Source of the DNA: an uncultured Actinomycetota bacterium
Lineage (GTDB): Bacteria > Actinomycetota > Aquicultoria > SKW223 > CALKMS01
Length of the DNA stretch: 64,000 bases
Direction of reading: 5' to 3'
Assembly (NCBI GenBank): GCA_964426525.1
Contig: CAYRQL010000001.1
Span: 130,294 to 194,293 of the forward strand
A program made the translations under genes and the position numbers. This document shows, piece after piece, positions 45,200 to 55,003 of this stretch. Below the pieces are notes generated by a model. That model ran no database searches, was not told where the DNA came from, and worked only from the letters and a program-made list of their open reading frames with translations. Numbering within the stretch: the first letter of the stretch is position 1; each line of letters starts with the position of its first letter.

Positions 45200-45637
45200 T
45201 TACCTCTTTTTAAAGAAAACTAATTTAAATTTACCAATTTGAATTTCTGCTCCCTGATCAAGATGAGCTCTGTCCACTCTTTTTCCATCTACGAAAATTC
45301 CGTTAAGACTCCCCAGGTCTTCAATAAAAGCTTCGTTTTTTTCAAAAAAAATTCGCGCATGACGACGAGAAACGGTTATATCGTTTAAAAATATATCACT
45401 TGCCGGGTCCCGTCCAATTGTTATCTCTTCCTTTTCAATGAAAAACTCCGTTCCTGCAGACGGTCCCTTTTTAATTGCTACCGTGTGAACTTTATCAGTA
45501 GAAGGTTTTACTTCGACTTCGTTACCAGCTAAAGCAGATGTTTTTAATAAAGCAGTGTCTTCCTGAATCTGGTGGTTGCAATGAGGACAGAAACTCACAT
45601 CTTCACTGACTATTTTTTTGCAGTTGGGGCAAAACAT
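45200..45637 (-). CDS. Zinc-ribbon plus FHA-domain protein
   Basis: N-terminal CPNC...CPHC. C-terminal FHA (TIGRDPASDIFLNDITVSRRHARIF...NGIFVDGKRV). Confidence 0.75.
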   Translation of the reverse strand: MFCPNCKKIVSEDVSFCPHCNHQIQEDTALLKTSALAGNEVEVKPSTDKVHTVAIKKGPSAGTEFFIEKEEITIGRDPASDIFLNDITVSRRHARIFFEKNEAFIEDLGSLNGIFVDGKRVDRAHLDQGAEIQIGKFKLVFFKKR

Positions 45638-45640
45638 ACC

Positions 45641-45913
45641 TCACTCCCCTGAAAGAGAAAAGAAATCCATTTGCTCTTTGAAGGATTTGTTTATTTCTTC
45701 TTCTAAGGTTGCTATTAACTCGGGGTTTTCTAATAAACGAGTCATTTCTTCTTCACTCAAACGGTTCTTAATGTAAGGGTCTTTTAAAATTGATGGTAAA
45801 CGCCGCCCATTTTTTAGCTCACGAATAATATAATTAACTATTCTTTCTTCAAGAAGATCAACGCTAAGTTCTTTAAAAAAATTAGTAATTCGATCTCTTA
45901 AACTATTTTCCAA
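45641..45913 (-). CDS. Hypothetical small protein (90 aa)
   Basis: ORF in the operon upstream of the FHA gene, with an AGGAGG-like Shine-Dalgarno site (GGAGGTTTAAC). Confidence 0.4.
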   Translation of the reverse strand: MENSLRDRITNFFKELSVDLLEERIVNYIIRELKNGRRLPSILKDPYIKNRLSEEEMTRLLENPELIATLEEEINKSFKEQMDFFSLSGE

Positions 45914-45980
45914 GTTAAACCTCCTTTTATTAAAGTTTAACTTTAAACAAGAGATTTGACAACTACTTTTTAAAAATGAG

Positions 45981-46511
45981 TTAGAAGTTACTGGCTAAAA
46001 TTTGCTCGATCTTGTTCAAGATTGTTTCAATGGTTGTTTCTGGTTTAGTAAGTCGGCGTTCTAATTCATTTTTTAAAATGTCCAACCAGCCATGAATTAA
46101 TCGGCGGACAAAAGAAACTTCGGCTTCTTTGTTGCGCAGTGCAGCAAGACTTTTTTCTAACTCTTCAATAGAGCTGTCAGTGGGTTTTCCTGTTAAAGAA
46201 GGTAAGGTAAAAAGATTAGCAAGATCAACATCATCAAGACTTTTCTTACAAGAAACGGGAAAAGATTCAAGAGTAGAAGCAAGACTTTCAAGTAATGAGC
46301 GATCTCTAAGAGAAGGATTAGCTGCTAAACGATTAATAAGTTCAGCTTTAAAGCCATTATCGATCTGATGAAGGTTGTTTCTGAACTGAGAAACTTCTTT
46401 TTCTAATTCACTGAGCTCTGCAAAAAGTTTCTTCAAATCAGAAACTGACTTGCTTTCAATATTGAGAAAGGCTTCCTGAAGTTCTTTTAAGTCCATTTTT
46501 TTCTCTAACAT
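45981..46511 (-). CDS. Hypothetical coiled-coil protein (176 aa)
   Basis: First gene of the minus-strand operon ending in Mut7-C. No recognised domain. Confidence 0.4.
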   Translation of the reverse strand: MLEKKMDLKELQEAFLNIESKSVSDLKKLFAELSELEKEVSQFRNNLHQIDNGFKAELINRLAANPSLRDRSLLESLASTLESFPVSCKKSLDDVDLANLFTLPSLTGKPTDSSIEELEKSLAALRNKEAEVSFVRRLIHGWLDILKNELERRLTKPETTIETILNKIEQILASNF

Positions 46512-46526
46512 ATTAATCGACCCTTT

Positions 46527-47699
46527 TTAAAAAAAGTTTAAAAATTGAGAAAAAAACTGGATTGCCTGCTTGAAAAAATTTACAGGGGAAGATTTAGATT
46601 TATACACCGGGTTGACATCATTTTTAGCTATAAGTCTTACTTCCCCTAAGACTTTATTTGTCCGAGTATTAAAAACTCTAAAACTTCCTACTGGGGTACC
46701 CTTTTTAATCGGAAGATAGTTGTTAGATTTAAGAGAGATATCACTTACAACTGGTTCTACTTTTTGATAAAGCACTGAGAGGTCTTTCTCGGCTTGGGCA
46801 ACCAATGGGGTATCTCCATCGTCAAAGTAAAGCTTGGCAGCTACCTCTCCCTTTTTAATAAAACTTTGATAAGAATAATTTAAAGCAATGTAATTTATTA
46901 GATTTAAAGTGTCGCTATAACAATTTTGACTGGTTGGAGCATTTAAAACAACTGTTAGTATTTTAAGGTTGTTAAGCTCGGCTAGGGCAATCAAACAGTA
47001 GCCAGCCTCACTTGTGTAACCTGTTTTAACTCCTTTTATATAGTCATATTTTAAAACCAACTTATTGTGGTTGCTTACATTTCTCACCGATGATTTATTC
47101 TCCCGAGGGAAGTGCTTTTCCTTAGTAGCAACAATTTTAGCGAAAATGGGATTTTTAAGGGCTTCCTTAGTAATTAAGTAAAGGTCATAAGCGGTTGAGT
47201 AATGTTTTTTATTGTAAAGGCCGTGGGGATTAATAAAATGTGTGTTTAGAGCTCCGAGAGTCCGGGCTTTTTTATTCATCAAGTCAACGAAGCGGCTGGT
47301 ATTACCAACTCCTTCCGATAAAACCATTGCTGCATCATTAGCTGACTTTAGAAGCATAGCGTAAAGAAGGTTTTCAACCGTCATAGTTTCATCAGGTTCC
47401 AAATAAATCTCTGCTTCTCCAGCCGATGCTGCTTTCGGGGTGGTAGTTAAAACTTGACTCAATGAAAGCTCTTCTAAAGCAACTAAAGCTGTCATTACTT
47501 TAGTAGTACTGGCAATCGGCCTTTTTTCATTAACTTTTTTCTGGTAAAGGATTTGGTCACTTTTTAGCTCCACAGCAATCGCTGATTTGGCAGAGACTGC
47601 AGGTTCTTTTACCAAAGCGGCCAGACAGTTTGTTGAAAATTGAAAGTGAATTAAAAAAATAATTAACAAAAATGTTATTAATAAAATTTTTTTCTTCAT
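46527..47699 (-). CDS. D-alanyl-D-alanine carboxypeptidase (serine-type, PBP5/DacA family)
   Basis: Signal peptide. SxxK motif IASTTKVMTAL, SAND motif (KSANDAA), and the KTG triad (GVKTGYT). Confidence 0.8.
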   Translation of the reverse strand: MKKKILLITFLLIIFLIHFQFSTNCLAALVKEPAVSAKSAIAVELKSDQILYQKKVNEKRPIASTTKVMTALVALEELSLSQVLTTTPKAASAGEAEIYLEPDETMTVENLLYAMLLKSANDAAMVLSEGVGNTSRFVDLMNKKARTLGALNTHFINPHGLYNKKHYSTAYDLYLITKEALKNPIFAKIVATKEKHFPRENKSSVRNVSNHNKLVLKYDYIKGVKTGYTSEAGYCLIALAELNNLKILTVVLNAPTSQNCYSDTLNLINYIALNYSYQSFIKKGEVAAKLYFDDGDTPLVAQAEKDLSVLYQKVEPVVSDISLKSNNYLPIKKGTPVGSFRVFNTRTNKVLGEVRLIAKNDVNPVYKSKSSPVNFFKQAIQFFSQFLNFF

Positions 47700-48877
47700 A
47701 GCTTAATTTCTAATCTATTTAAGTTTTTCAAAACTTTTTCTCTTATTTTACGCGGTGAAGGCAACTCTTTTACAAGTTTGCCCTTTTGCATCCAAAGCTT
47801 CAAAAGAGGTTCCAATTCTTTGCTATCGCATTCGCAAGTTGGCTTCTTTGCTCCCCAAGGAAGAATATAGTCACGAAAACATTTTAAACAACGGTAAACT
47901 TGTTTAGCTCCTGAGGTTTTACCTCTTTTAGAAAAAGGCTTGTTGTCAACCTCAACTAAGTCAAAAGAAAAATCAACGACGGGCGCATTACTAATAGCTG
48001 TTCCAACACCATATGCATCAGCATGCTTGTTTAACTCTGAAATGAGTTTTTCACTCAACCCACCACTAATAAATATTTTTACACGATTAAAACCCCTTAA
48101 ATCAAGTTCCCAGCGAACTTCCTCGATAATCTTTAAAAAATTTCCGCGACGAGAGGAAGGTGTATCAAGTCTGACAGCATAAAGGTCAGGGCCAATAGCT
48201 TCCGCAGCTGTTAAGGCTCCAAATTTTTCATCCTGGAAAGTATCAATTAAAGCAATTCTCTTAATTTTTGAAGGCATAATTTTATGAAAAGCTTTAAAAG
48301 CTTCTTTTTCGTTTTGAAAACAGAGAATGAACGAGTGTGACATGGTGCCAACCGGTTCTTCTTTAATAAGGTGGGCGCTTTCGATAGCTGCAACTCCATC
48401 ACATCCGCCAATGAACGCATTCCTTTCAATCATTGGGGCAATGGCTGGATGCATTCGGCGAGCACCAAAACTATAAACGGGACGGCCTTCTGCTGCTTTT
48501 TTGCAGCGCGAAGCCATAGTTGCAATGCCAGAAGCTTGGCAGAGAAAACCCAAAAGGGCAGTTTCGTAGACAGCATAACTCAAATATTTTCCCTCTATTC
48601 GAAAGACTGGTGTTTCAGAATGAAATATTTCTCCTTCTTCAAGAGCGTAGATATCAACTGGAAAGCCTTCGAATAAATGCAAAACCTCTTCAAGGCCAGC
48701 AAAAACTGCAAAAGTCCAGTCTTTGGGCAAACTCCCTGCTCTCACCTCCCCTTTTGTAAAAGGATTCACGCCCGAAGCTTTAAGAACTTCAGAAATGCGA
48801 CTAAAATAGACGTCTGAAACCAGCCCTTTTTTAATGTCGCTCTCAGATGCGATAAAAAACTTTTTCCTTTTACTCAT
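47696..48877 (-). CDS. pncB: Nicotinate phosphoribosyltransferase (type II PRTase family, archaeal/Firmicute short form) with a C-terminal Cys cluster
   Basis: NAPRTase-family blocks (DVYFSRISEVL, FGARRMHPAIAPMIERNAFIGGCDGVA, YAVRLDTPSSRRG). C-terminal CLKCF...CEC. Confidence 0.7.
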   Translation of the reverse strand: MSKRKKFFIASESDIKKGLVSDVYFSRISEVLKASGVNPFTKGEVRAGSLPKDWTFAVFAGLEEVLHLFEGFPVDIYALEEGEIFHSETPVFRIEGKYLSYAVYETALLGFLCQASGIATMASRCKKAAEGRPVYSFGARRMHPAIAPMIERNAFIGGCDGVAAIESAHLIKEEPVGTMSHSFILCFQNEKEAFKAFHKIMPSKIKRIALIDTFQDEKFGALTAAEAIGPDLYAVRLDTPSSRRGNFLKIIEEVRWELDLRGFNRVKIFISGGLSEKLISELNKHADAYGVGTAISNAPVVDFSFDLVEVDNKPFSKRGKTSGAKQVYRCLKCFRDYILPWGAKKPTCECDSKELEPLLKLWMQKGKLVKELPSPRKIREKVLKNLNRLEIKL

Positions 48878-49622
48878 TAGCTACTCCCTTGCGAAAAACT
48901 TTTTCTATTACCCCGGTTGACGAACGGCCAAGTTCGATTACTTTGCCATCTACTATAACCTCAGTTGAGCTTGCATTGCCAACCCGTAGCCTTACTTCCT
49001 CGCCTTCCCACTTATCTTCATCACCTTGTTCCATTATTCCTTCAAAAACTTTTTCCCCATCAACAACGACTTTAATCCAGCTTGCTTTACCGGTTATCCT
49101 GACTTTAACTGTAACTTTTTTAGGAGTAATAGTGGTAGCATTTGTGGTAGGTTGTGTGGTTGGAGTCGTTTTTTTCGGAGGCGGACTTGGTTCAGCGGAC
49201 GGATTTGTAGTGGGAGTTGTTGTTTTAGTTTCGGGTTGGGGCTTTTCGACTGGAGTCTCAGTTTTTATATAAGAAAACAAATAGTAAAGACCCCATAAAA
49301 ACAAAGCAGCTAAAAACAAAAAGGCTAAAAAAGTTCCTGACCATTCCGGAAAGACAAATTTTGAAGATTTATACTTTTCGTCTTTCGGTCGTGATAAGTA
49401 AAGAGCGTCAAATTCATCTAAAATTTTATCCTTGTCCAGACCAAGATAGCTGGCATAGTCTGAAAGGAAAGCTCGAGCATAAATTATTGAAGGAAGTTTA
49501 TCAAAATTATCGTTTTCTAATGCTTCAAGGTAACTGCTTCGTATTTTTAAGACAAGCTCTATTTCTTTTATAGTTCTTCCCGATTCTCTTCTTTTCTCGG
49601 AAAGTCTTTGCCCAATTGTCAA
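48870..49622 (-). CDS. rodZ: Cytoskeleton protein RodZ-like (XRE HTH, TM, Pro/Thr-rich linker, C-terminal domain)
   Basis: N-terminal HTH (IGQRLSEKRRESGRTIKEIELVLKIRSSYLEALEND), a single TM segment, and a PETKTTTPTTNPSAEPSPPPKKTTPTTQPTT linker. Confidence 0.7.
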   Translation of the reverse strand: MTIGQRLSEKRRESGRTIKEIELVLKIRSSYLEALENDNFDKLPSIIYARAFLSDYASYLGLDKDKILDEFDALYLSRPKDEKYKSSKFVFPEWSGTFLAFLFLAALFLWGLYYLFSYIKTETPVEKPQPETKTTTPTTNPSAEPSPPPKKTTPTTQPTTNATTITPKKVTVKVRITGKASWIKVVVDGEKVFEGIMEQGDEDKWEGEEVRLRVGNASSTEVIVDGKVIELGRSSTGVIEKVFRKGVANE

Positions 49623-49623
49623 T

Positions 49624-51702
49624 TTATTGCTCCTTAGCCAGGTTTTGCTTAATTTCTTCCCACTCAGATAAAGTTAGTAAAACTTCTCGTGGTTTACTTC
49701 CTTGAGCCGGGCCAACGATTCCTCTTTCTTCTAGTAAGTCCATTAGACGAGCCGCTCGGGCATAGCCAAGTTTAAATTTCCTTTGAAGATAGGTTACTGA
49801 TGCTTTCCCGGTGACAATCACTAACTCTGCGGCTTCATCAAAAAGAATATCTTCCTCTCCCAAGGCAAGCGGTTTAAGATGACTGATCTCCACCACTTTG
49901 AAATCGTACTGTGGCTCCATTAAAGCTTTCCAGTAATCAACTACTTTTTCAATTTCATTCTCGGTGACATAAACTCCTTGTAGGCGACGAGGTTTTAGCC
50001 AGGAAGGAGTTATAAAAAGCATATCTCCTTTTCCTACTAGTTTTTCTGCCCCAGGGCTATCTAAAATTACTCGAGAATCAACTTGAGAAGAGACGGCAAA
50101 AGCAATGCGGGAAGTTATATTAGCCTTGATTAGTCCAGTTATAATATCAGAAGATGGCCTTTGAGTGGCAACGATTAGATGGATACCAACAGCTCGGCCC
50201 ATCTGAGCTAGTCGGCAAATTGCATCTTCTACTTCTTTAGCAGCAATTATCATTAAATCGGCTAATTCATCGAGAACAATGACTAAATAAGGAAGTTTTT
50301 CTTTGGCTTCTTTATTGTAAGAATCAAGATGGCGAGTTTTAGTTTCAGAAAGAAGCTCGAAACGCTTTTCCATTTCTTCTACTGCCCAAGCAAGAGCAGC
50401 AGCTGCTTGCTTCGGGTTGACAACAACCGGGACAATCAAATGAGGAATATCATTATATAAGTTCAACTCAATTCTCTTGGGGTCAATCATTATAAATTTC
50501 ACTTCATCAGGTCGTGCTCGTAAAAGAATGGAAGTAATAATAGCATTTAAACAAACACTTTTACCTGAACCGGTTGCTCCGGCAATCAAAAGATGTGGCA
50601 AGCCTTTCAAGTCAATAACAACAGGTGTTCCGGTAATTTCCTGACCGACAGCTACTGCTAAAGGTGACTGAGCTTCCTGGAAATCAGGCGTTTTTACCAA
50701 ATCCCCAAGATAGACAAAAGAACGATAAATGTTGGGCACTTCAATTCCAATAGCAGACTTCCCGGGGATAGGAGCTAAAATTCTTAAGTCAGGTGAGGCA
50801 AGAGCTAAAGCAATATCTTCTTCAATGTTTAAAATTTTGTTAACTTTTACTCCAGGTTCAAGTTGAATCTCAAAACGGGTTACGGTTGGTCCTTCAACAA
50901 CATTTTCTATCCAGGCTCCAACCTCAAATTCTCGCAAAGCTTTTTCTAACGCTGTTTTCATTTCTTTAGCCGATTTTTTCTTTTTCCCACTCGAACAAAG
51001 CAAATACTTTTCAACCCCTTCTTTTTTAATGATTTCCAGAGGCACAGTAGCAACCTCGTTAATGGGTTTGGTTCTTTTTTCTGATAACGGTTTTTCTAAG
51101 GGAACAGTTTTTTCTTCAGTTAACACGGGAAGAGTTTCTTCAACAAAGGTCAATTCGGGTTGTTCAGAAAGATTCAAATTTCTGGCTGGTACTCGGTGGG
51201 AGACGCAGGTTTTTTTTCTCCCTAAACGGATAAAATCAGTTAGAGGTCTCCTGACTGTCAAAACAACTCCAATCAGAAAAACGCCAACGAGAATAACAGT
51301 TGCTCCTACAGGTTTAAGTAAATAAACAAGTGGATAAGATAAAAGAAAACCCACAAACCCACCATATTTAGTTAATGATTCAAGAGCGTACATTTTGTTG
51401 AGTGGAACTAAAATGTGACTTTGGGCTAAGAGTGAGACCCCGATTAAGGACAGACCGAGTATAATATCATTCCAGTAAACTTTACGATGAACTAGAAGAA
51501 TGCCTGATAAACCTAAAAGTAAGAAAGGAAATAAAAACTGCCCCCAGCCAAGAAGCCAGCTTAAAAAAAAGACAGTATAACGACCGACAATGCCAGTGTA
51601 GTTGCTGAACAAGGAAAAAAGCAAGAAAATTGCTAGTGTGGCAAGGATTATAGCATAAACATCAGCGTAATAATCAACTTCATTAGCTTTACCCTTTTTC
51701 AT
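49624..51702 (-). CDS. ftsK: DNA translocase FtsK/SpoIIIE
   Basis: N-terminal TM segments. Motor domain with Walker A IAGATGSGKSVCLN and a gamma winged helix at the C-terminus. I moved the start to the ATG at 51702 (GGTGG Shine-Dalgarno site), which forms an ATGA overlap with the uppP stop. Confidence 0.9.
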   Translation of the reverse strand: MKKGKANEVDYYADVYAIILATLAIFLLFSLFSNYTGIVGRYTVFFLSWLLGWGQFLFPFLLLGLSGILLVHRKVYWNDIILGLSLIGVSLLAQSHILVPLNKMYALESLTKYGGFVGFLLSYPLVYLLKPVGATVILVGVFLIGVVLTVRRPLTDFIRLGRKKTCVSHRVPARNLNLSEQPELTFVEETLPVLTEEKTVPLEKPLSEKRTKPINEVATVPLEIIKKEGVEKYLLCSSGKKKKSAKEMKTALEKALREFEVGAWIENVVEGPTVTRFEIQLEPGVKVNKILNIEEDIALALASPDLRILAPIPGKSAIGIEVPNIYRSFVYLGDLVKTPDFQEAQSPLAVAVGQEITGTPVVIDLKGLPHLLIAGATGSGKSVCLNAIITSILLRARPDEVKFIMIDPKRIELNLYNDIPHLIVPVVVNPKQAAAALAWAVEEMEKRFELLSETKTRHLDSYNKEAKEKLPYLVIVLDELADLMIIAAKEVEDAICRLAQMGRAVGIHLIVATQRPSSDIITGLIKANITSRIAFAVSSQVDSRVILDSPGAEKLVGKGDMLFITPSWLKPRRLQGVYVTENEIEKVVDYWKALMEPQYDFKVVEISHLKPLALGEEDILFDEAAELVIVTGKASVTYLQRKFKLGYARAARLMDLLEERGIVGPAQGSKPREVLLTLSEWEEIKQNLAKEQ

Positions 51703-52463
51703 TTTAACCACCAAACACTCGCAGACCCCAGGAATAAACAATAAACTGCAAAAAGATATAAAGTCTTTTGCTTTAAATATTTTAATAGAAAATCAATAAC
51801 AATATAACCCGTGATAAAAGAAACCAAAATTCCGATAAGAGTTGGTATTAATGGAATCTGACTTAAAGATACTTCTTTCAATTCAAAAAGGAAGCTACCT
51901 AAAAATATTGGAAGACCCAAAAGAAAAGAAAATCGGGCTGCATCTTGCCGCTTTAAACCCAGAAATAATCCAGCCGAAATAGTAGCTCCTGAGCGCGAAA
52001 TGCCTGGAAAAATAGCTAATGCTTGGGCTGTTCCTATTACTAAAGCTTCAAAAAGATTAAGATTTAGCTTTGCTTTCTTAAAAGTAGCTAACCTTTCCGC
52101 AATAAGTAAAAGTAATCCATTAAAAATTAAAAATAAAGCTGCCCAGAGAGGCTTTTGAAAAAACCTTTCAAAAAAATCACGAAACAAAAGACCAGCAAAA
52201 GTTGCTGGAATGGAAGCTACCACGATAGCCTTTAAAAGATTTAAGTTTTCTTCTCTTGATTTGAAAAAGGCCTCAATTTGTTTTCGAAAGTAAACTAAAA
52301 GTGCTAAAAAAGTACCAAAATGAAGACTTATATCAAAAAAAAGAGAAGGTTGGGAGATTCCTAAAACTGCAGGAAGGATAACCAGATGAGCTGAACTGCT
52401 TATCGGGATAAATTCAGTTGCTCCTTGAGCAATAGCTAAAAACACTATTGACCAGATAGCCAT
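51699..52463 (-). CDS. uppP: Undecaprenyl-diphosphatase
   Basis: BacA/UppP motifs (GATEFIPISSSAHL, PGISRSGATI). Confidence 0.9.
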   Translation of the reverse strand: MAIWSIVFLAIAQGATEFIPISSSAHLVILPAVLGISQPSLFFDISLHFGTFLALLVYFRKQIEAFFKSREENLNLLKAIVVASIPATFAGLLFRDFFERFFQKPLWAALFLIFNGLLLLIAERLATFKKAKLNLNLFEALVIGTAQALAIFPGISRSGATISAGLFLGLKRQDAARFSFLLGLPIFLGSFLFELKEVSLSQIPLIPTLIGILVSFITGYIVIDFLLKYLKQKTLYLFAVYCLFLGSASVWWLK

Positions 52464-54118
52464 TAGAGCTCAATTACCAAAGGCACGATGAGAGGTTTGC
52501 GCTTTGTTTGTTTAAATATAAATCGGCTAATAGTAGCTTTAATTTCTTCTTTTAAAGCAGTTTTTTCGATTAACTTAGCGCGAGCGGCTTCAAAAAAAAG
52601 GGTCAAGATATGTTCTTTTATTTGATTGAGTAGTTCGCTTGAGTCCTCTGGATGAATAAAACCGCGCGAAATAATTTCTGGACCATAAATAAGCTCACCA
52701 CGAGGTTGTTTAACCCCAACAACTATCACTACCACTCCGTCAGAAGCTAACTTCATTCGGTCCCGTAAAACGTGTTCAGAAACATCCCCTATTCCTAAAC
52801 CGTCAACAAATATTTGGCCTGCTCCAATGTTTTTGCTTACATAAGCTGTGTCTGAAGTGACAGTTAAAACATCGCCATTTTCTAAAATAAAAATGTTGTT
52901 AGTTTCTATACCAACTTCCTGGGCTAGTTTTGAATGGTAGACAAGGTGGCGATATTCTCCATGAATTGGCACGAAAAAGCGTGGATTGATTAAACTTATA
53001 AGAAGCTTTAACTCTTCCTGGTAGCCGTGGCCAGATACATGAACACGAGAAATATCTTCGTAAAAAACTTTAGCTCCCATTTTAAAAATATCATCAATAA
53101 TCCGGGAAACTGCCCTTTCATTGCCCGGAACCGGTGTAGCAGCGATTATCACCGTGTCTTCCGAATCAATACACAAATTTTTGTGTTGGCCAGTGGCTAA
53201 AAGATAGAGAGCTGAAAGAGGTTCGCCCTGGCTTCCGGTACAAATAATAGTAATCTCGGCTGGATCAAAGTTATTAATGTTAAACAAATCAACTATCATT
53301 TCATCAGGTAAATCAAATTGGTTGAGCTGCCGCCCAATTTCTATGCTTTCCTTCATGCTTCGACCGGAAATTACTATTTTGCGGTTAAACTCTTTGCTTA
53401 GCTCAATAACTTGTTTTATTCGGTGCAAATGAGAAGCAAAGGAGGCGACGATAATCTTTTTTTTCGCTTGCTGAAAAATCTTTTCCAGAGTCTCCCCAAC
53501 AATCCTTTCAGAAGGCGAGAAACCAGGAACTTCAGCATTAGTTGAGTCAGACAAGAAAACCAAGACGTTGTCTTTTCCAATCGCTGAGAAGCGATTTAAA
53601 TCAGTTGGGCTGCCGTCGATGGGAGCAGGATCAAGTTTGAAATCGCCAGAATGAACAATTCCACCAGCTGGAGTTTTAATATATAAGCCAACACCGTCAG
53701 GAATGCTATGATTAACCTGTATGAACTCAATTTCGAAAGGTTCAAGATTGATTGAGTCTCCAGCTTTAATAGTGTTTAGCTGACTGGAAATTGAAAAATC
53801 TTCCAGCTTTGCCCGAACTAAACTTATAGTTAAAGGTGTGCCGAACACCGGAATATCCAACTCTTTAAGCAAATAAGGCAAGGCTCCAACATGGTCTTCG
53901 TGCCCGTGAGTTAAAATTATTGCCAATGGCTTAACCGGCAAGCCTTTCAAGTAAGAGAAATCCGGCAAAACTAAATCTACACCCAGCATTTCTTCTTCAG
54001 GAAATTTCAGGCCGGCATCTATTAGTATGGAAAAAATTTCATACTTAATTAAAGTAGAATTTTTCCCTATTTCACCCAAACCCCCGAGAGGGATAATCTC
54101 AATTGCTTTTTTTGACAT
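52463..54118 (-). CDS. rnj: Ribonuclease J
   Basis: Beta-lactamase motif ILTHGHEDHVGALPYL, beta-CASP, and a C-terminal domain. N-terminal IIPLGGLGEIGKN. 551 aa. Confidence 0.9.
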   Translation of the reverse strand: MSKKAIEIIPLGGLGEIGKNSTLIKYEIFSILIDAGLKFPEEEMLGVDLVLPDFSYLKGLPVKPLAIILTHGHEDHVGALPYLLKELDIPVFGTPLTISLVRAKLEDFSISSQLNTIKAGDSINLEPFEIEFIQVNHSIPDGVGLYIKTPAGGIVHSGDFKLDPAPIDGSPTDLNRFSAIGKDNVLVFLSDSTNAEVPGFSPSERIVGETLEKIFQQAKKKIIVASFASHLHRIKQVIELSKEFNRKIVISGRSMKESIEIGRQLNQFDLPDEMIVDLFNINNFDPAEITIICTGSQGEPLSALYLLATGQHKNLCIDSEDTVIIAATPVPGNERAVSRIIDDIFKMGAKVFYEDISRVHVSGHGYQEELKLLISLINPRFFVPIHGEYRHLVYHSKLAQEVGIETNNIFILENGDVLTVTSDTAYVSKNIGAGQIFVDGLGIGDVSEHVLRDRMKLASDGVVVIVVGVKQPRGELIYGPEIISRGFIHPEDSSELLNQIKEHILTLFFEAARAKLIEKTALKEEIKATISRFIFKQTKRKPLIVPLVIEL

Positions 54119-54996
54119 TAACTAATTGTCTTTAATTCCTCCAGTATTTTTTTTAAAATCTCTTTGTCTTCTGGTTTAGCTTCAACTAAAGGTAAACGTG
54201 GCGGTCCCACTGGAAAACCAATGAGCTCAACTGAAGCTTTAGTTAAAATTGGATTAGTTTTCAAAAAGAGAGCTTTAAACAATGGCATAAGCTGATTATG
54301 ATAATCAAGAGCTTTTTTAAATTCCCCTTCGAAAAATAGTGAAATCATTTTTTTAATTTGAGGTGCAGCAACATGGGACGCAACGCTTATAACCCCGTTG
54401 CCACCTAAAGCAAGTATTGGATAAGTAAAAGCGTCGTCTCCTGAGTAAACCAAAAAGTCATCTGAAGTACTGGCAATTATTTTCCCAATCTGGGCTAAAT
54501 TTCCGCTGGCCTCTTTAATTCCAACAATGTTTTCTATTTTTGAAAGTTCTATGGTAGTTTCAGCCTCTAAATTGCAAGCAGTTCGAGAAGGAACATTATA
54601 AAGTATTACTGGTAAATTAGTTTTGGATGCCACTGCCTGGAAATGCCTTTTAAGCCCTTCTTGTGGTGGTTTATTGTAATAAGGAACAACCAAAAGACAT
54701 CCATCTACTCCGAGTTTTTCTGCTTTTTTTGTTAATTCAATTGTTTCTTCAGTATTGTAATTGCCAGTACCCGCTATTACTTTGGCTTTTCCCTTGACTG
54801 CCTGGGAGACCGCTTTAAATAAATCTAACTTTTCTTGCTCTTTTAATACTGGGGATTCACCAGTAGTTCCAGAAACCACCAGAGCATCTGAGCCATTTTC
54901 CACTAAAAAGTTAGCCAAACTTTCTGCTAAATCAAAGTTCAGGCTTAAATCTTTATTGTATGGAGTTACCATAGCAGTTATCAAAGAACCAAACAT
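54118..54996 (-). CDS. dapA: 4-hydroxy-tetrahydrodipicolinate synthase
   Basis: TAMVTPYN start, the GTTGESPVL block, and the Schiff-base Lys region (GIKEASGN). Confidence 0.9.
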   Translation of the reverse strand: MFGSLITAMVTPYNKDLSLNFDLAESLANFLVENGSDALVVSGTTGESPVLKEQEKLDLFKAVSQAVKGKAKVIAGTGNYNTEETIELTKKAEKLGVDGCLLVVPYYNKPPQEGLKRHFQAVASKTNLPVILYNVPSRTACNLEAETTIELSKIENIVGIKEASGNLAQIGKIIASTSDDFLVYSGDDAFTYPILALGGNGVISVASHVAAPQIKKMISLFFEGEFKKALDYHNQLMPLFKALFLKTNPILTKASVELIGFPVGPPRLPLVEAKPEDKEILKKILEELKTIS

Positions 54997-55003
54997 TTCT
55001 CCC

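Noticed and set aside
48889-49298. Plus-strand ORFs (48889-49272, 49026-49298) opposite rodZ
   Set aside because: They mirror the Pro/Thr-rich linker of RodZ (Gly/Val-rich antisense translation). RodZ identity on the minus strand is well supported.
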